DNA from: a virus
Lineage: Duplodnaviria > Caudoviricetes
DNA: 57,398 bases
IMG/VR virus record: IMGVR_UViG_3300010371_000008
Location: 1-57,398 of that record
Direction: 5' to 3' (one strand)
Within the stretch, counting starts at the first letter, position 1; each line of letters starts with the position of its first letter. The notes below the pieces were generated by a model. It had not been told where the DNA came from and searched no databases. It worked only from the letters and a program-made list of their open reading frames with translations. Made by a program: the position numbers and the translations under genes. Of this stretch, positions 48,473-56,523 are shown piece after piece.

Positions 48473-49507
48473 ATGCACATCTATCTTTCCGGTCCGATGC
48501 GCGGAATCAAGGCGTTCAATTTCCCGGCATTCGACCACGCAACCCGCATCCTCCGCAACGCCGGCCATACCGTCTTCAACCCCGCCGAAAAAGACAGGGA
48601 GAACGGGTTCGACGCAACCGGCATGACCGGCAACGAAGACCTGGCCCGTGAAGGGTTCGACCTGCGAACAGCACTGGGTGAAGACTTGGACTGGATCTGC
48701 CAACACGCGCATGTGGTGGCGACCCTGCCCGGTTCGGATGAGTCCGCCGGGGCGACCGCCGAGATTGCTACCGCGATTGCGCTGGGTTTGCCGGTGGTGC
48801 CGTGGGATGACGTGTATCTGGACAGTGGCCGGAACAAGGGGTATGTGCTGCCTACGATTGCTGAACTGCGGCAACGTTTGCAGGCACGCACTGGCACGTA
48901 TGCTGGCCGTCCTGTGACGTTTGACGAGGGCGTGCGTATCGACCATGCGGACACGATCCCCGCCGATACCGTGTACATGCCCGGCGAAGAAGACGGCGAC
49001 TATCCCACCGACCCGGCCCGTGTCGGTTGCCGTGGAGAATGCGACCCGTGGACGTGCGCGGCATGCCGGGCCAAGGACGACGACGAGACGCTGGAAGACT
49101 ACAGCGACCGCATGCGCGCCAAGTTCACACCCGAACATGTTATGGACATATCGGCCAAACTTTCCGGCGAAACGCGCACGACCTCGGCCACTGGCGCCGA
49201 AAAAGGCGTGAAGCTGGCCGCGTTCGACCTCATCCCCATGGAAGCGCTAACGAAGGTTGCCACCCATTACGGGATTGGTGCCCGCAAATACGCCGCCCAC
49301 AATTGGCGCGCCGGCTATGAATGGTCGAAGTCGTTCGCCGCCATGCAGCGTCACGCCACCCAGTTCTGGGCTGGCGAAGACATGGACACCGAAACCGGCA
49401 GCCCGCACATGGCCGCCGTCGCGTTCCACGCGCTCACCCTGCTCACGTTCATGGATGAACAACCCGGCTACGACGACCGTTACACCGCAAACCACACCAC
49501 CACCTGA
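48473..49507 (+). CDS. DUF4406 (deoxyribosyltransferase-like) domain fused to a dATP/dGTP diphosphohydrolase-like (DUF5664) domain
   Basis: IYLSGPMRG...NFPAF...NPAE...LPG...SAGA..E; K...FDLIP...GARKYAAHNW..G..WS...A..RH...GED.D.ETG.PH.A. Confidence 0.8.
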   Translation: MHIYLSGPMRGIKAFNFPAFDHATRILRNAGHTVFNPAEKDRENGFDATGMTGNEDLAREGFDLRTALGEDLDWICQHAHVVATLPGSDESAGATAEIATAIALGLPVVPWDDVYLDSGRNKGYVLPTIAELRQRLQARTGTYAGRPVTFDEGVRIDHADTIPADTVYMPGEEDGDYPTDPARVGCRGECDPWTCAACRAKDDDETLEDYSDRMRAKFTPEHVMDISAKLSGETRTTSATGAEKGVKLAAFDLIPMEALTKVATHYGIGARKYAAHNWRAGYEWSKSFAAMQRHATQFWAGEDMDTETGSPHMAAVAFHALTLLTFMDEQPGYDDRYTANHTTT

Positions 49508-49524
49508 TCCCCCAGGAGCCCAAC

Positions 49525-49731
49525 ATGCCCACACTCATTCAGAAACGCCGCGTCCAAATGCAAACCGCCGTCATGACCGACCTTGGCCCGCAGATCCACG
49601 AAGCCGTGGATTTTGTGCCGGTGGCGGATCTGGACACGTACCTTGCGGACGCGGCTACTCGCTGGCAGCGGATTGTTGTTGGCACTGACCACGACGCCGG
49701 CCCCGGCGGCGACACCTACACGGAGGAATAA
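49525..49731 (+). CDS. Hypothetical protein
   Basis: AGGAG RBS. Confidence 0.6.
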   Translation: MPTLIQKRRVQMQTAVMTDLGPQIHEAVDFVPVADLDTYLADAATRWQRIVVGTDHDAGPGGDTYTEE

Positions 49732-49736
49732 CACCC

Positions 49737-50030
49737 ATGGCCCTAGGAATATTCAACTACGGTTCGGGCGGCTTCATTGTTGACCTCGGCCCCGGAACTT
49801 ACCACTTCAAGAACCTCGGTCCAAGCCGGGTAGCCGTCAACATGTATGACGGCACCGCGGCGAATGGCACCATGGACAGCTACGCAACCACCCCAGATTT
49901 CGGGTGGCCGCTGGCAGTAGGCGAATCAGTGGAATTCGTCAACAGCAACGGGCGAAAGTTCATCCTCCAAGGGTCAGGTGACCCACAAATGCACGACCAA
50001 TCAGCGGTATGGGTGGCATACGAATCATGA
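49737..50030 (+). CDS. Hypothetical protein
   Basis: GGAGG RBS. Confidence 0.6.
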   Translation: MALGIFNYGSGGFIVDLGPGTYHFKNLGPSRVAVNMYDGTAANGTMDSYATTPDFGWPLAVGESVEFVNSNGRKFILQGSGDPQMHDQSAVWVAYES

Positions 50031-50377
50031 CAATTTTGACAACGGCAATGAAAAACCAGCTTGCCACCTCATACATCGGCACAGCTCTCTACGGGGCACT
50101 GACCACCACGGCCCCGGGTTCCAGCTCGGGAACGGAAGTAACGGGCGGATCACCCGCATACGCCCGCATCGCGGCGGCCTGGGGAACCGTGACAAATGGT
50201 GTTGTGTCGGCATCCCCCATGGTTTTCAACGTGCCGGGTCCCGCCGTTACCGTCGTTGGCTTTGAGTTCTTCAACCTGTCAAGCGCGGGCATCTATCAGG
50301 ACGGTTGCGGCATCACTTCCCAAACGTTTTCGTCCCAGGGCACCTACACGATCACGCCCACGTTCACCATCGCCTAG
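50027..50377 (+). CDS. Small virion/fibre-associated protein
   Basis: AL.T..PG..GTEVTGGSPAYAR....W...FNVP motif seen in phage structural proteins. Confidence 0.6.
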   Translation: MTILTTAMKNQLATSYIGTALYGALTTTAPGSSSGTEVTGGSPAYARIAAAWGTVTNGVVSASPMVFNVPGPAVTVVGFEFFNLSSAGIYQDGCGITSQTFSSQGTYTITPTFTIA

Positions 50378-50387
50378 GAGCCTATCC

Positions 50388-50672
50388 GTGCTCGGATTCC
50401 CAACCGACAAAAACAACATCGACTCCCGCGCCGGATACCTCGCCCTCACACTCCGCGACACCTTCTCCGGAATCGTCATCTTCAAAGCCTGGCTAGACAC
50501 CCAGCAAGACACCGACCTAACCGGACTCGGCTACACCCAAGCCGAAGTGACCCTACTACGGGCCGCATACACCGACCTGACCAACCTAAACAACATTGCC
50601 CACGCACAAGGCACCCAACCGGCGGCGTCCGACTTCTTCTGGAACGCGAAACACCTAACCGGGCTCTCATAA
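50388..50672 (+). CDS. Hypothetical protein
   Basis: GTG start after AGGAG. Confidence 0.6.
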   Translation: MLGFPTDKNNIDSRAGYLALTLRDTFSGIVIFKAWLDTQQDTDLTGLGYTQAEVTLLRAAYTDLTNLNNIAHAQGTQPAASDFFWNAKHLTGLS

Positions 50673-50689
50673 ACGGTTAGGGGGCCACC

Positions 50690-52600
50690 ATGGCATCATG
50701 GGTCAACCGCACCCTAGTCCAGACGGCACGCAACGGCACCGCCTCGAACACGGTATCTTTCACCCCGGCCACCGCCGGGAACCTGCTCGTGTGCGTGCTC
50801 GACGCCGCCGTGACCTCATCCACCCCGACCGGTTGGACACTGCCATCCGGTGGTTCCGCAGTCAACAACACTGGCTTGTACGTTTGGTATAAGACAGCCA
50901 GTGCCGCCGAATCCTCGTTCACGACCACACACAACGCCTCGAACTATCCGGGCGCGTACGTGATCTACGAGTTCGCGGCGGGTTCCACGTTCAAGGGTTC
51001 CGTCTCATCTGTGACGGCCAGCTTGTCGGGTGCGAACCCTGCCCTGACCGGGTTGACGGGCACTAACTCGACGTTTGGTGCTGTTGGTGTGGATGTGCCG
51101 AACACGGGCGGCAGCACCTCCACCACGTGGACGGGTTCACCAACACCCGTTGAGGACGTGGACGTGTTCGCCCTGGCCGCGTCGGGCACTGACGGTTATG
51201 AACTGTCGGTTGCTGTGGCGGATGGGAACACGGGGACGAGTTTCACGCCGACTGGTTCGGTGTCTGGCCCGTCGGTTTCGACAAAAGAGGCGCTGACGTT
51301 TGCGGTGGCTGTCGCCTCGGGCTCCCCCGCGTACAGCACGACGGCGGCCCTGGCGGGTTCTGGTTCGTTGGGTGTGACTAACACCCCGGCGATCCCTGCT
51401 GCTGCCACCCTGACCGGTGCGGGCACCCTGACCACCACGAATGCCCCGGCATGGACTGGCGCTGTCGGCATGACCGGCACCGGCGCCCTGTCGGTGACGA
51501 ACGCGCCGGCGTGGACGGGTGCTGTGGGGCTCGGCGGTGCTGGCACGTTGTCGGCTGCTGCGACCCCGCAACAGTCCGCCCTTGCCGCCCTGTCCGGCAC
51601 TGGTTCACTGGGTGCGGTTGCGACCGCCCCGGCCATGGCCACGACCGCATCGCTTGGCGGCACGGGCACGTTGTCCGGCGCCTCGGCCAGCAACTACAGC
51701 ACAACAGCCACCCTCACCGGTACGGGTACGCTCGGCGCTTCCGCGACGGCACCAGCCCTGGCGGTTACAGCCACCCTCGCCGGTAATGGTGCCCTCTCGT
51801 CAACGAACACGCCCGCATTCACCGCCACCGTATCCCTTGCCGGTGCGGGGTCACTCACAGCCACCAACACCCCGGCGGTAGCTACCGTTACCGCCGTCGG
51901 CGGTGCTGGTTCCCTGTCTATCACCGTGACCGTACCAGCCATGACGGCCACCGCCGCACTAGGCGGCACGGGTTCCCTTGTCGGGAACACGGCAGGCAAC
52001 TACTCGGCCAACGCATCCCTCGGCGGCACCGGGTCACTGGCTGCCGGTGCCACACAGCCCACCATGACGGCGACAGCCGCCCTCACGGGCGCTGGCTCGC
52101 TGTCTGTGGGCAACCTGCCACGATTCACCGCCACGGCAGCCCTAGGCGGCACCGGCGCCCTTACAGTGGGCAACGTCCCGGCCATGGCCGGGACAGCCAC
52201 ATTGTCCGGTGTTGGCACCCTGACCGGCAACACGGCCAGCAACTATGCCACGACGGCGACGTTGGCTGGTTCGGGCAGTTTGGCTGGGGCGGGTGTTGCA
52301 CAGTTCGCAACAACTGCCGCCCTGACCGGTTCCGGGTCATTGGTTGCGTCCAGCAAACCCAGCATGGCCACAACGGCGTCCCTGTCCGGTTCTGGCGGCC
52401 TCGCACTACTCACCCGCCCAGCACTAGCCACCACCGCCAACCTGTCCGCTATGGGCGTCCTAACCACACACACCGGCGACCTGTACGAAGCCATCGTCAC
52501 CGCACTGTTGGACACCAACCCGTGGCACGGACTCCTAGACGGCACCCCATGGCGGGGCGGCCAAGACACCACCGTATGGAGGGCACGCCTCGATGAATAG
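50690..52600 (+). CDS. Fibre-like protein: N-terminal beta domain plus many L-x-G-x-G-x-L repeats
   Basis: Regularly spaced LAGSGSL/LTGAGTL/LGGTGAL units over the C-terminal two thirds. Confidence 0.7.
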   Translation: MASWVNRTLVQTARNGTASNTVSFTPATAGNLLVCVLDAAVTSSTPTGWTLPSGGSAVNNTGLYVWYKTASAAESSFTTTHNASNYPGAYVIYEFAAGSTFKGSVSSVTASLSGANPALTGLTGTNSTFGAVGVDVPNTGGSTSTTWTGSPTPVEDVDVFALAASGTDGYELSVAVADGNTGTSFTPTGSVSGPSVSTKEALTFAVAVASGSPAYSTTAALAGSGSLGVTNTPAIPAAATLTGAGTLTTTNAPAWTGAVGMTGTGALSVTNAPAWTGAVGLGGAGTLSAAATPQQSALAALSGTGSLGAVATAPAMATTASLGGTGTLSGASASNYSTTATLTGTGTLGASATAPALAVTATLAGNGALSSTNTPAFTATVSLAGAGSLTATNTPAVATVTAVGGAGSLSITVTVPAMTATAALGGTGSLVGNTAGNYSANASLGGTGSLAAGATQPTMTATAALTGAGSLSVGNLPRFTATAALGGTGALTVGNVPAMAGTATLSGVGTLTGNTASNYATTATLAGSGSLAGAGVAQFATTAALTGSGSLVASSKPSMATTASLSGSGGLALLTRPALATTANLSAMGVLTTHTGDLYEAIVTALLDTNPWHGLLDGTPWRGGQDTTVWRARLDE

Positions 52601-52853
52601 CTACCCGCGCGAAACCACCCAGTTTCAGCCCGTCATCGTCACCGAGAACGGCCTCACCATCACGACCGGCGTGAAATTCTCGGACGTGCCCGACGGCTCC
52701 CGCCCCACCACATGGGTCACACCAACCACCCTGAACGGGGCTATTGGTGTCATGGTGGCCGGTTACCCTGCCGGGCGGCGCCGGATCTTTGCCCAGGTCA
52801 CGGCGAACCCTGAAACACCCGTGATTGATTGCGGCGTGTACATGGTCACCTGA
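52593..52853 (+). CDS. Small fibre adaptor-like structural protein
   Basis: YPRETT.F...RP..W...FAQVT.NPETPV..CG; overlaps the fibre gene. Confidence 0.55.
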   Translation: MNSYPRETTQFQPVIVTENGLTITTGVKFSDVPDGSRPTTWVTPTTLNGAIGVMVAGYPAGRRRIFAQVTANPETPVIDCGVYMVT

Positions 52854-52859
52854 CCTGCT

Positions 52860-53270
52860 GTTTTTTGCCGGAATAGTGCCGACCGTTGGAGGTGGTTGTC
52901 ATGGGTGGTCTTTGGCCGACCCTGCCGCGTGTGGCGTGAATGACAGTGCAAGACCGACTGTAGGAGGTCACCCTATCTCCCCGCGCCGGGGTTATGGCGT
53001 AGCCGTCGTGAGGCGGCGCAAGTTCGCGTAGCTCAATTGGTAGAGCGGCTGACTGTAAATCAGTAGGTTGCAGGTTCAAGTCCTGCCGCGTTCACGAGTA
53101 CTAATCCGGCGACGGCTATAAACATCCCAACAGGGCGGTGACCCAACCACCAAGCAGGGTTTGACCGTGCCAAGCGGAAGCGGCTTGGCTCACTCGCCAT
53201 GGTGTTTCATGGCTGGAACCTCGGGGAAGAACCGGGGACACGGATAGGGAGGCGGTGACACCGTTTTTCT
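52860..53270 (+). ncRNA. Large structured non-coding RNA enclosing tRNA-Tyr (GOLLD-like candidate)
   Basis: About ten complementary segment pairs, several long-range and crossing; no credible ORF; boundaries approximate. Confidence 0.55.
53022..53094 (+). tRNA. tRNA-Tyr(GTA), atypical
   Basis: D arm gctc/gagc; anticodon arm gctga-ctGTAaa-tcagt; T arm gcagg-ttcaagt-cctgc; 5-nt variable loop; two U-U mismatches in the acceptor stem. Confidence 0.75.
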
Positions 53271-53274
53271 CATT

Positions 53275-53348
53275 GCGCGCCTAGCCCAAATGGTAGAGGC
53301 GGCAGGCCCAAACCCTGCGTGATGCTGGTTCGAATCCGGCGGCGCGCA
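53275..53348 (+). tRNA. tRNA-Leu(CAA), atypical
   Basis: Acceptor gcgcgcc/ggcgcgc; anticodon arm gcagg-ccCAAac-cctgc; T arm gctgg-ttcgaat-ccggc; short variable loop; C33. Confidence 0.7.
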
Positions 53349-53393
53349 CGCACTACACAAAACATACTACAAACAGAAAGTCCTTGATCCCCC

Positions 53394-53519
53394 ATGGTCC
53401 TTATCTGGATACTCACCGCCATCCTGCAATCCCTCGCCTACGCCCCCGCCGTCGCTTTGTGGGCATGGTTCGGTGCGCACTGGATCATCACCGTGTTCCT
53501 GCTGCTCATCCTGGGCTGA
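53394..53519 (+). CDS. 41-aa hydrophobic membrane microprotein (not in the supplied ORF track)
   Basis: MVLIWILTAILQSLAYAPAVALWAWFGAHWIITVFLLLILG. Confidence 0.45.
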   Translation: MVLIWILTAILQSLAYAPAVALWAWFGAHWIITVFLLLILG

Positions 53520-53715
53520 CCCGCCGGTGGGACCGTTCTTGCCGAAGGCGGTTAAAACGCGTGTGGCTGGGGCCGTAACCATCCGGACGAATCACGCACC
53601 CACCCCACAAGTTCCCGCCATGCACAGCGTGGACGGGCAACACCGGAATTTACCGCTGGCAGTTTACCGGAACCACAAAAAACCCAGCACCCTTTTTCAG
53701 GAAGGCGGACACGTC

Positions 53716-53925
53716 ATGACCGACATGCCACAAAAAAACTGCGCCTGCGCCACCCCCATGGACAACGTGCACGGGGTCTGGATCTGCGCCCACTGCGACA
53801 CCGGATGCACCGCCGACCGGCCCTGCGGGCTCTGCAACAAGTACAGTGCCCAAACCCAGCTACGCATCAACAACACGGCAAGGCTCGAAAAGCCGGACAC
53901 GAAACCACCGGCCACCGATGCCTAA
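53716..53925 (+). CDS. Cys-rich small protein
   Basis: GGAAGG RBS; CAC...CAHCD..C....C..C. Confidence 0.5.
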   Translation: MTDMPQKNCACATPMDNVHGVWICAHCDTGCTADRPCGLCNKYSAQTQLRINNTARLEKPDTKPPATDA

Positions 53926-54127
53926 CCCCGTCACCCCTGACTCTTTCATCCACCCGGGCACACCCAAAACGGATCTGCCCTGCTCTGCGTGCGGACAAAA
54001 CCAGCTCATGGTGCTGCCGTACTGGCTCATCACCCCGGACGGTGTGAGCTGCTACGAACACAAGCTTGTGTGTTTCTGCTGCCACGCGCAAACCGTGATC
54101 TTTGTGCCTGCCAACCACCACCGTTAG
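53918..54127 (+). CDS. Zn-ribbon small protein
   Basis: CSAC...CFCC. Confidence 0.45.
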   Translation: MPNPVTPDSFIHPGTPKTDLPCSACGQNQLMVLPYWLITPDGVSCYEHKLVCFCCHAQTVIFVPANHHR

Positions 54128-54136
54128 GGGGATGTT

Positions 54137-54649
54137 GTGACTGATCTGACCGGCCAAGTTGGTTTGTGCATGAACGGCGGCAACACCATGTCGCACCTGA
54201 TCCAATGGTTTACACGCTCCCACTCGTACCATGTGGTGGTGGCGTGGTCCCCGACCGAATGCGTGTCGGCGGAACCCGGCGGGGTATTGGACCGCACCAA
54301 CGACGCCTACACCGGTACGGTGTGGTCACGGTTTGACCTGACCGACACGGAACGCGCCGGCATTGTGGCCGCCTGCAAAGCCAGTGAGAAACTGCCATAC
54401 AACTATGCGGTCTACCCTTTCCTCGCCGTCTCACGCCTCACCCACATCCCCGTCCCCCATTTCGTGGCGGACTGGCTGGAACGGCGCCGCAACGTGGACT
54501 GCTCCCAACTCGCCGCACAAATCTACGCCGCCGCCGGCCTGCACCTATTCGCGGAAGAATCCGATGTGGTGACCCCGGGCGACTGGGAACGAAAGTTTCG
54601 GCAACTCGGCTGGCTCCCACCCACCCTCGAACCCGTGGCCGCGCCGTGA
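54137..54649 (+). CDS. Permuted papain-like NlpC/P60 (YiiX-like) protein
   Basis: His before Cys: SYHV...SAEPGGV...LPYNY...DCSQL...Y...VTPGD. Confidence 0.75.
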   Translation: MTDLTGQVGLCMNGGNTMSHLIQWFTRSHSYHVVVAWSPTECVSAEPGGVLDRTNDAYTGTVWSRFDLTDTERAGIVAACKASEKLPYNYAVYPFLAVSRLTHIPVPHFVADWLERRRNVDCSQLAAQIYAAAGLHLFAEESDVVTPGDWERKFRQLGWLPPTLEPVAAP

Positions 54650-55011
54650 GCAACTGGCATGACCGGCACCTCGACGACCGCACCCCCGGCGACCGGGTAG
54701 CGGACAAGGTGGCCGAATACATGGGCAGTTGGAAATTCATCATCCTGCAATCCGCCATCGTCGTGGTGTGGATGCTGCTGAACACGGCCGGCTGGTTCAT
54801 CTGGCATTGGGACAAATTCCCGTTCATCCTGCTCAACCTCATGTTCAGCACCCAGGCAGCCTACGCCGCCCCGATCATCATGATGGCGCAGAACCGGGCC
54901 GGTGAACGCGACCGGGCGAACGCCCAACACGACTACGAGGTAAACCTGCACAACCGTGACGAACTCGCCGCGATCCGTGCCCTGCTGGAAGACACCCGGC
55001 CTGACCCCTGA
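54646..55011 (+). CDS. DUF1003-like membrane protein
   Basis: GDRVAD.VA..MGSW.FI...WD.FPFILLNL.FS.QAAYAAPIIMMAQNR. Confidence 0.88.
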   Translation: MSNWHDRHLDDRTPGDRVADKVAEYMGSWKFIILQSAIVVVWMLLNTAGWFIWHWDKFPFILLNLMFSTQAAYAAPIIMMAQNRAGERDRANAQHDYEVNLHNRDELAAIRALLEDTRPDP

Positions 55012-55034
55012 CCGCTGCCTAAAGGTGGTGAACC

Positions 55035-56513
55035 ATGCCACCGCAGACACGCTGGACTGAAACCGCTGCGCAAGCTTTCGAAACGAAAACGCCTGTGTGG
55101 GCTACCCCGGGTGCGCTCGCCCGGGCGCTCGACCACCGCACCGTGCAGACACGCGCCCTTGACCTGATCGACGCCGCCCTGGTGGAGGCGTACAACACGC
55201 CCGGTTCGCGCCTTATCGTGTCCATGCCGCCGCAGGAGGGCAAAAGCACCCGCGTCTCCGTCATGTTCCCGTTGTGGGTGTTGGCGCAGGATCATTCCAA
55301 GGCTATCGTCCTGACCTCGTATTCTGACCGGTTGGTGCGGAAGAACTCGCGCGCCGTCCGCAACTACATCACCACCGACGGGCCGCGCCTGGGCATGTCC
55401 CTCGCCCGCGACTCCCGATCAGCGATCACATGGAAGTTGGACGGGGACCGTGGCGGAATGTTCGCCGTGTCCATTGGTGGCCCGCTCACCGGTGAACCCG
55501 CCGACATCCTCATCATTGACGACCCGCACAAGGGCGCCAAAGAGGCTGACAGTGAACACCAGCGCGAGGACGTGTGGGAATGGTGGCTGTCCACCGCATC
55601 CGCCCGCCTCTCGTCCGGTGCTTCCGTTGTCATGGTGTTGACCCGCTGGCATCAGGACGACCTTGCAGGCCGGTTCATCAGCGCACCCGACGGCGCGCAA
55701 TGGAAAGTGCTAAACATCCCCGCGGAGGCCGACCACGACCCCGACAAAGGCGAAACCGATCCCCTAGGCCGGAAGGTGGGCGAATTCCTCGCATCCGCCC
55801 GGAAACGCACCACCGCCGAATGGGAAGCAATCAAGGTCCGCCAGTCCGGGCGCACATGGAACGCCCTCTACCAGGGCCGCCCGTCATCCGCTGCGGGAAC
55901 CATTTTCAAACGGAAATGGTGGCGCCGGTACGACACGCCGTTGTGGACGGAGGTTGACGGGGCCTGTTATGTGCCGCCCAAGGATGGGGACGAAATCATC
56001 ATGTCTTGGGACATGACATTCAAGGCATCCAAATCCTCTGACTATGTGGTGGGTCAGGTGTGGTTGAAGCGCGGCCCTGACGCGTACCTGCTCGACCAGA
56101 TCCGCCGCCGCATGGGATTCTCCGACTCCAAGGCAGCGTTCGAGGCGTTCGTGGCGAAATGGCCGCAAGCCAGCCTGAAACTCATTGAAGACAAAGCCAA
56201 CGGCACCGCCATCCTCGACGTACTCCGCTCCGTGATCCCCGGCCTTGTCGCCATCAACCCGACCGAATCCAAGGAAGCCCGCGCCGAAGCCGTCACCCCG
56301 TTCTTGGAGGCCGGCAACGTGCACGTGCCCGCGGCGAAGGTCCGGGCATGGGCGGAAGGACTCATCGAGGAAGCCGCCGAATTCCCCACCGGCGCCCACG
56401 ATGACCAGGTGGACGCCACCACGCAAGCCCTCAACCGTCTATTCATCCACCCCCAAACACAGGGCAGCGCATGGTTCGAGTACATGAAACAGCAACTGAA
56501 AAAGAGCACGTGA
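55035..56513 (+). CDS. terL: Terminase large subunit
   Basis: SMPPQEGKS Walker A, LIIDDP Walker B, TRWH..DL.G, WDMTF, IEDKANG, FP.GAHDDQVDA. Confidence 0.97.
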   Translation: MPPQTRWTETAAQAFETKTPVWATPGALARALDHRTVQTRALDLIDAALVEAYNTPGSRLIVSMPPQEGKSTRVSVMFPLWVLAQDHSKAIVLTSYSDRLVRKNSRAVRNYITTDGPRLGMSLARDSRSAITWKLDGDRGGMFAVSIGGPLTGEPADILIIDDPHKGAKEADSEHQREDVWEWWLSTASARLSSGASVVMVLTRWHQDDLAGRFISAPDGAQWKVLNIPAEADHDPDKGETDPLGRKVGEFLASARKRTTAEWEAIKVRQSGRTWNALYQGRPSSAAGTIFKRKWWRRYDTPLWTEVDGACYVPPKDGDEIIMSWDMTFKASKSSDYVVGQVWLKRGPDAYLLDQIRRRMGFSDSKAAFEAFVAKWPQASLKLIEDKANGTAILDVLRSVIPGLVAINPTESKEARAEAVTPFLEAGNVHVPAAKVRAWAEGLIEEAAEFPTGAHDDQVDATTQALNRLFIHPQTQGSAWFEYMKQQLKKST

Positions 56514-56523
56514 AGGGGCTGAC

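Noticed and set aside
47014-49507. 2-aminoadenine or 7-deazaguanine genome substitution pathway
   Set aside because: No PurZ, DpdA/Que-like genes or phage DNA polymerase are recognisable in the genome.
51330-52460. CRISPR array or diversity-generating retroelement repeats
   Set aside because: The repeats are degenerate at DNA level and conserved only as protein; no cas or reverse transcriptase gene is visible.
53275-53348. tRNA(CAA) as a dedicated initiator for TTG-start late genes
   Set aside because: It has a paired G1-C72 and only two of the three consecutive G-C pairs in the anticodon stem, so it lacks bacterial initiator determinants.
53095-53393. Theta/HDV-like ribozyme at the tRNA 3' ends
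   Set aside because: I could not find the HDV-like nested double pseudoknot after either tRNA; the sequence after tRNA-Leu is A/C-rich and unstructured.
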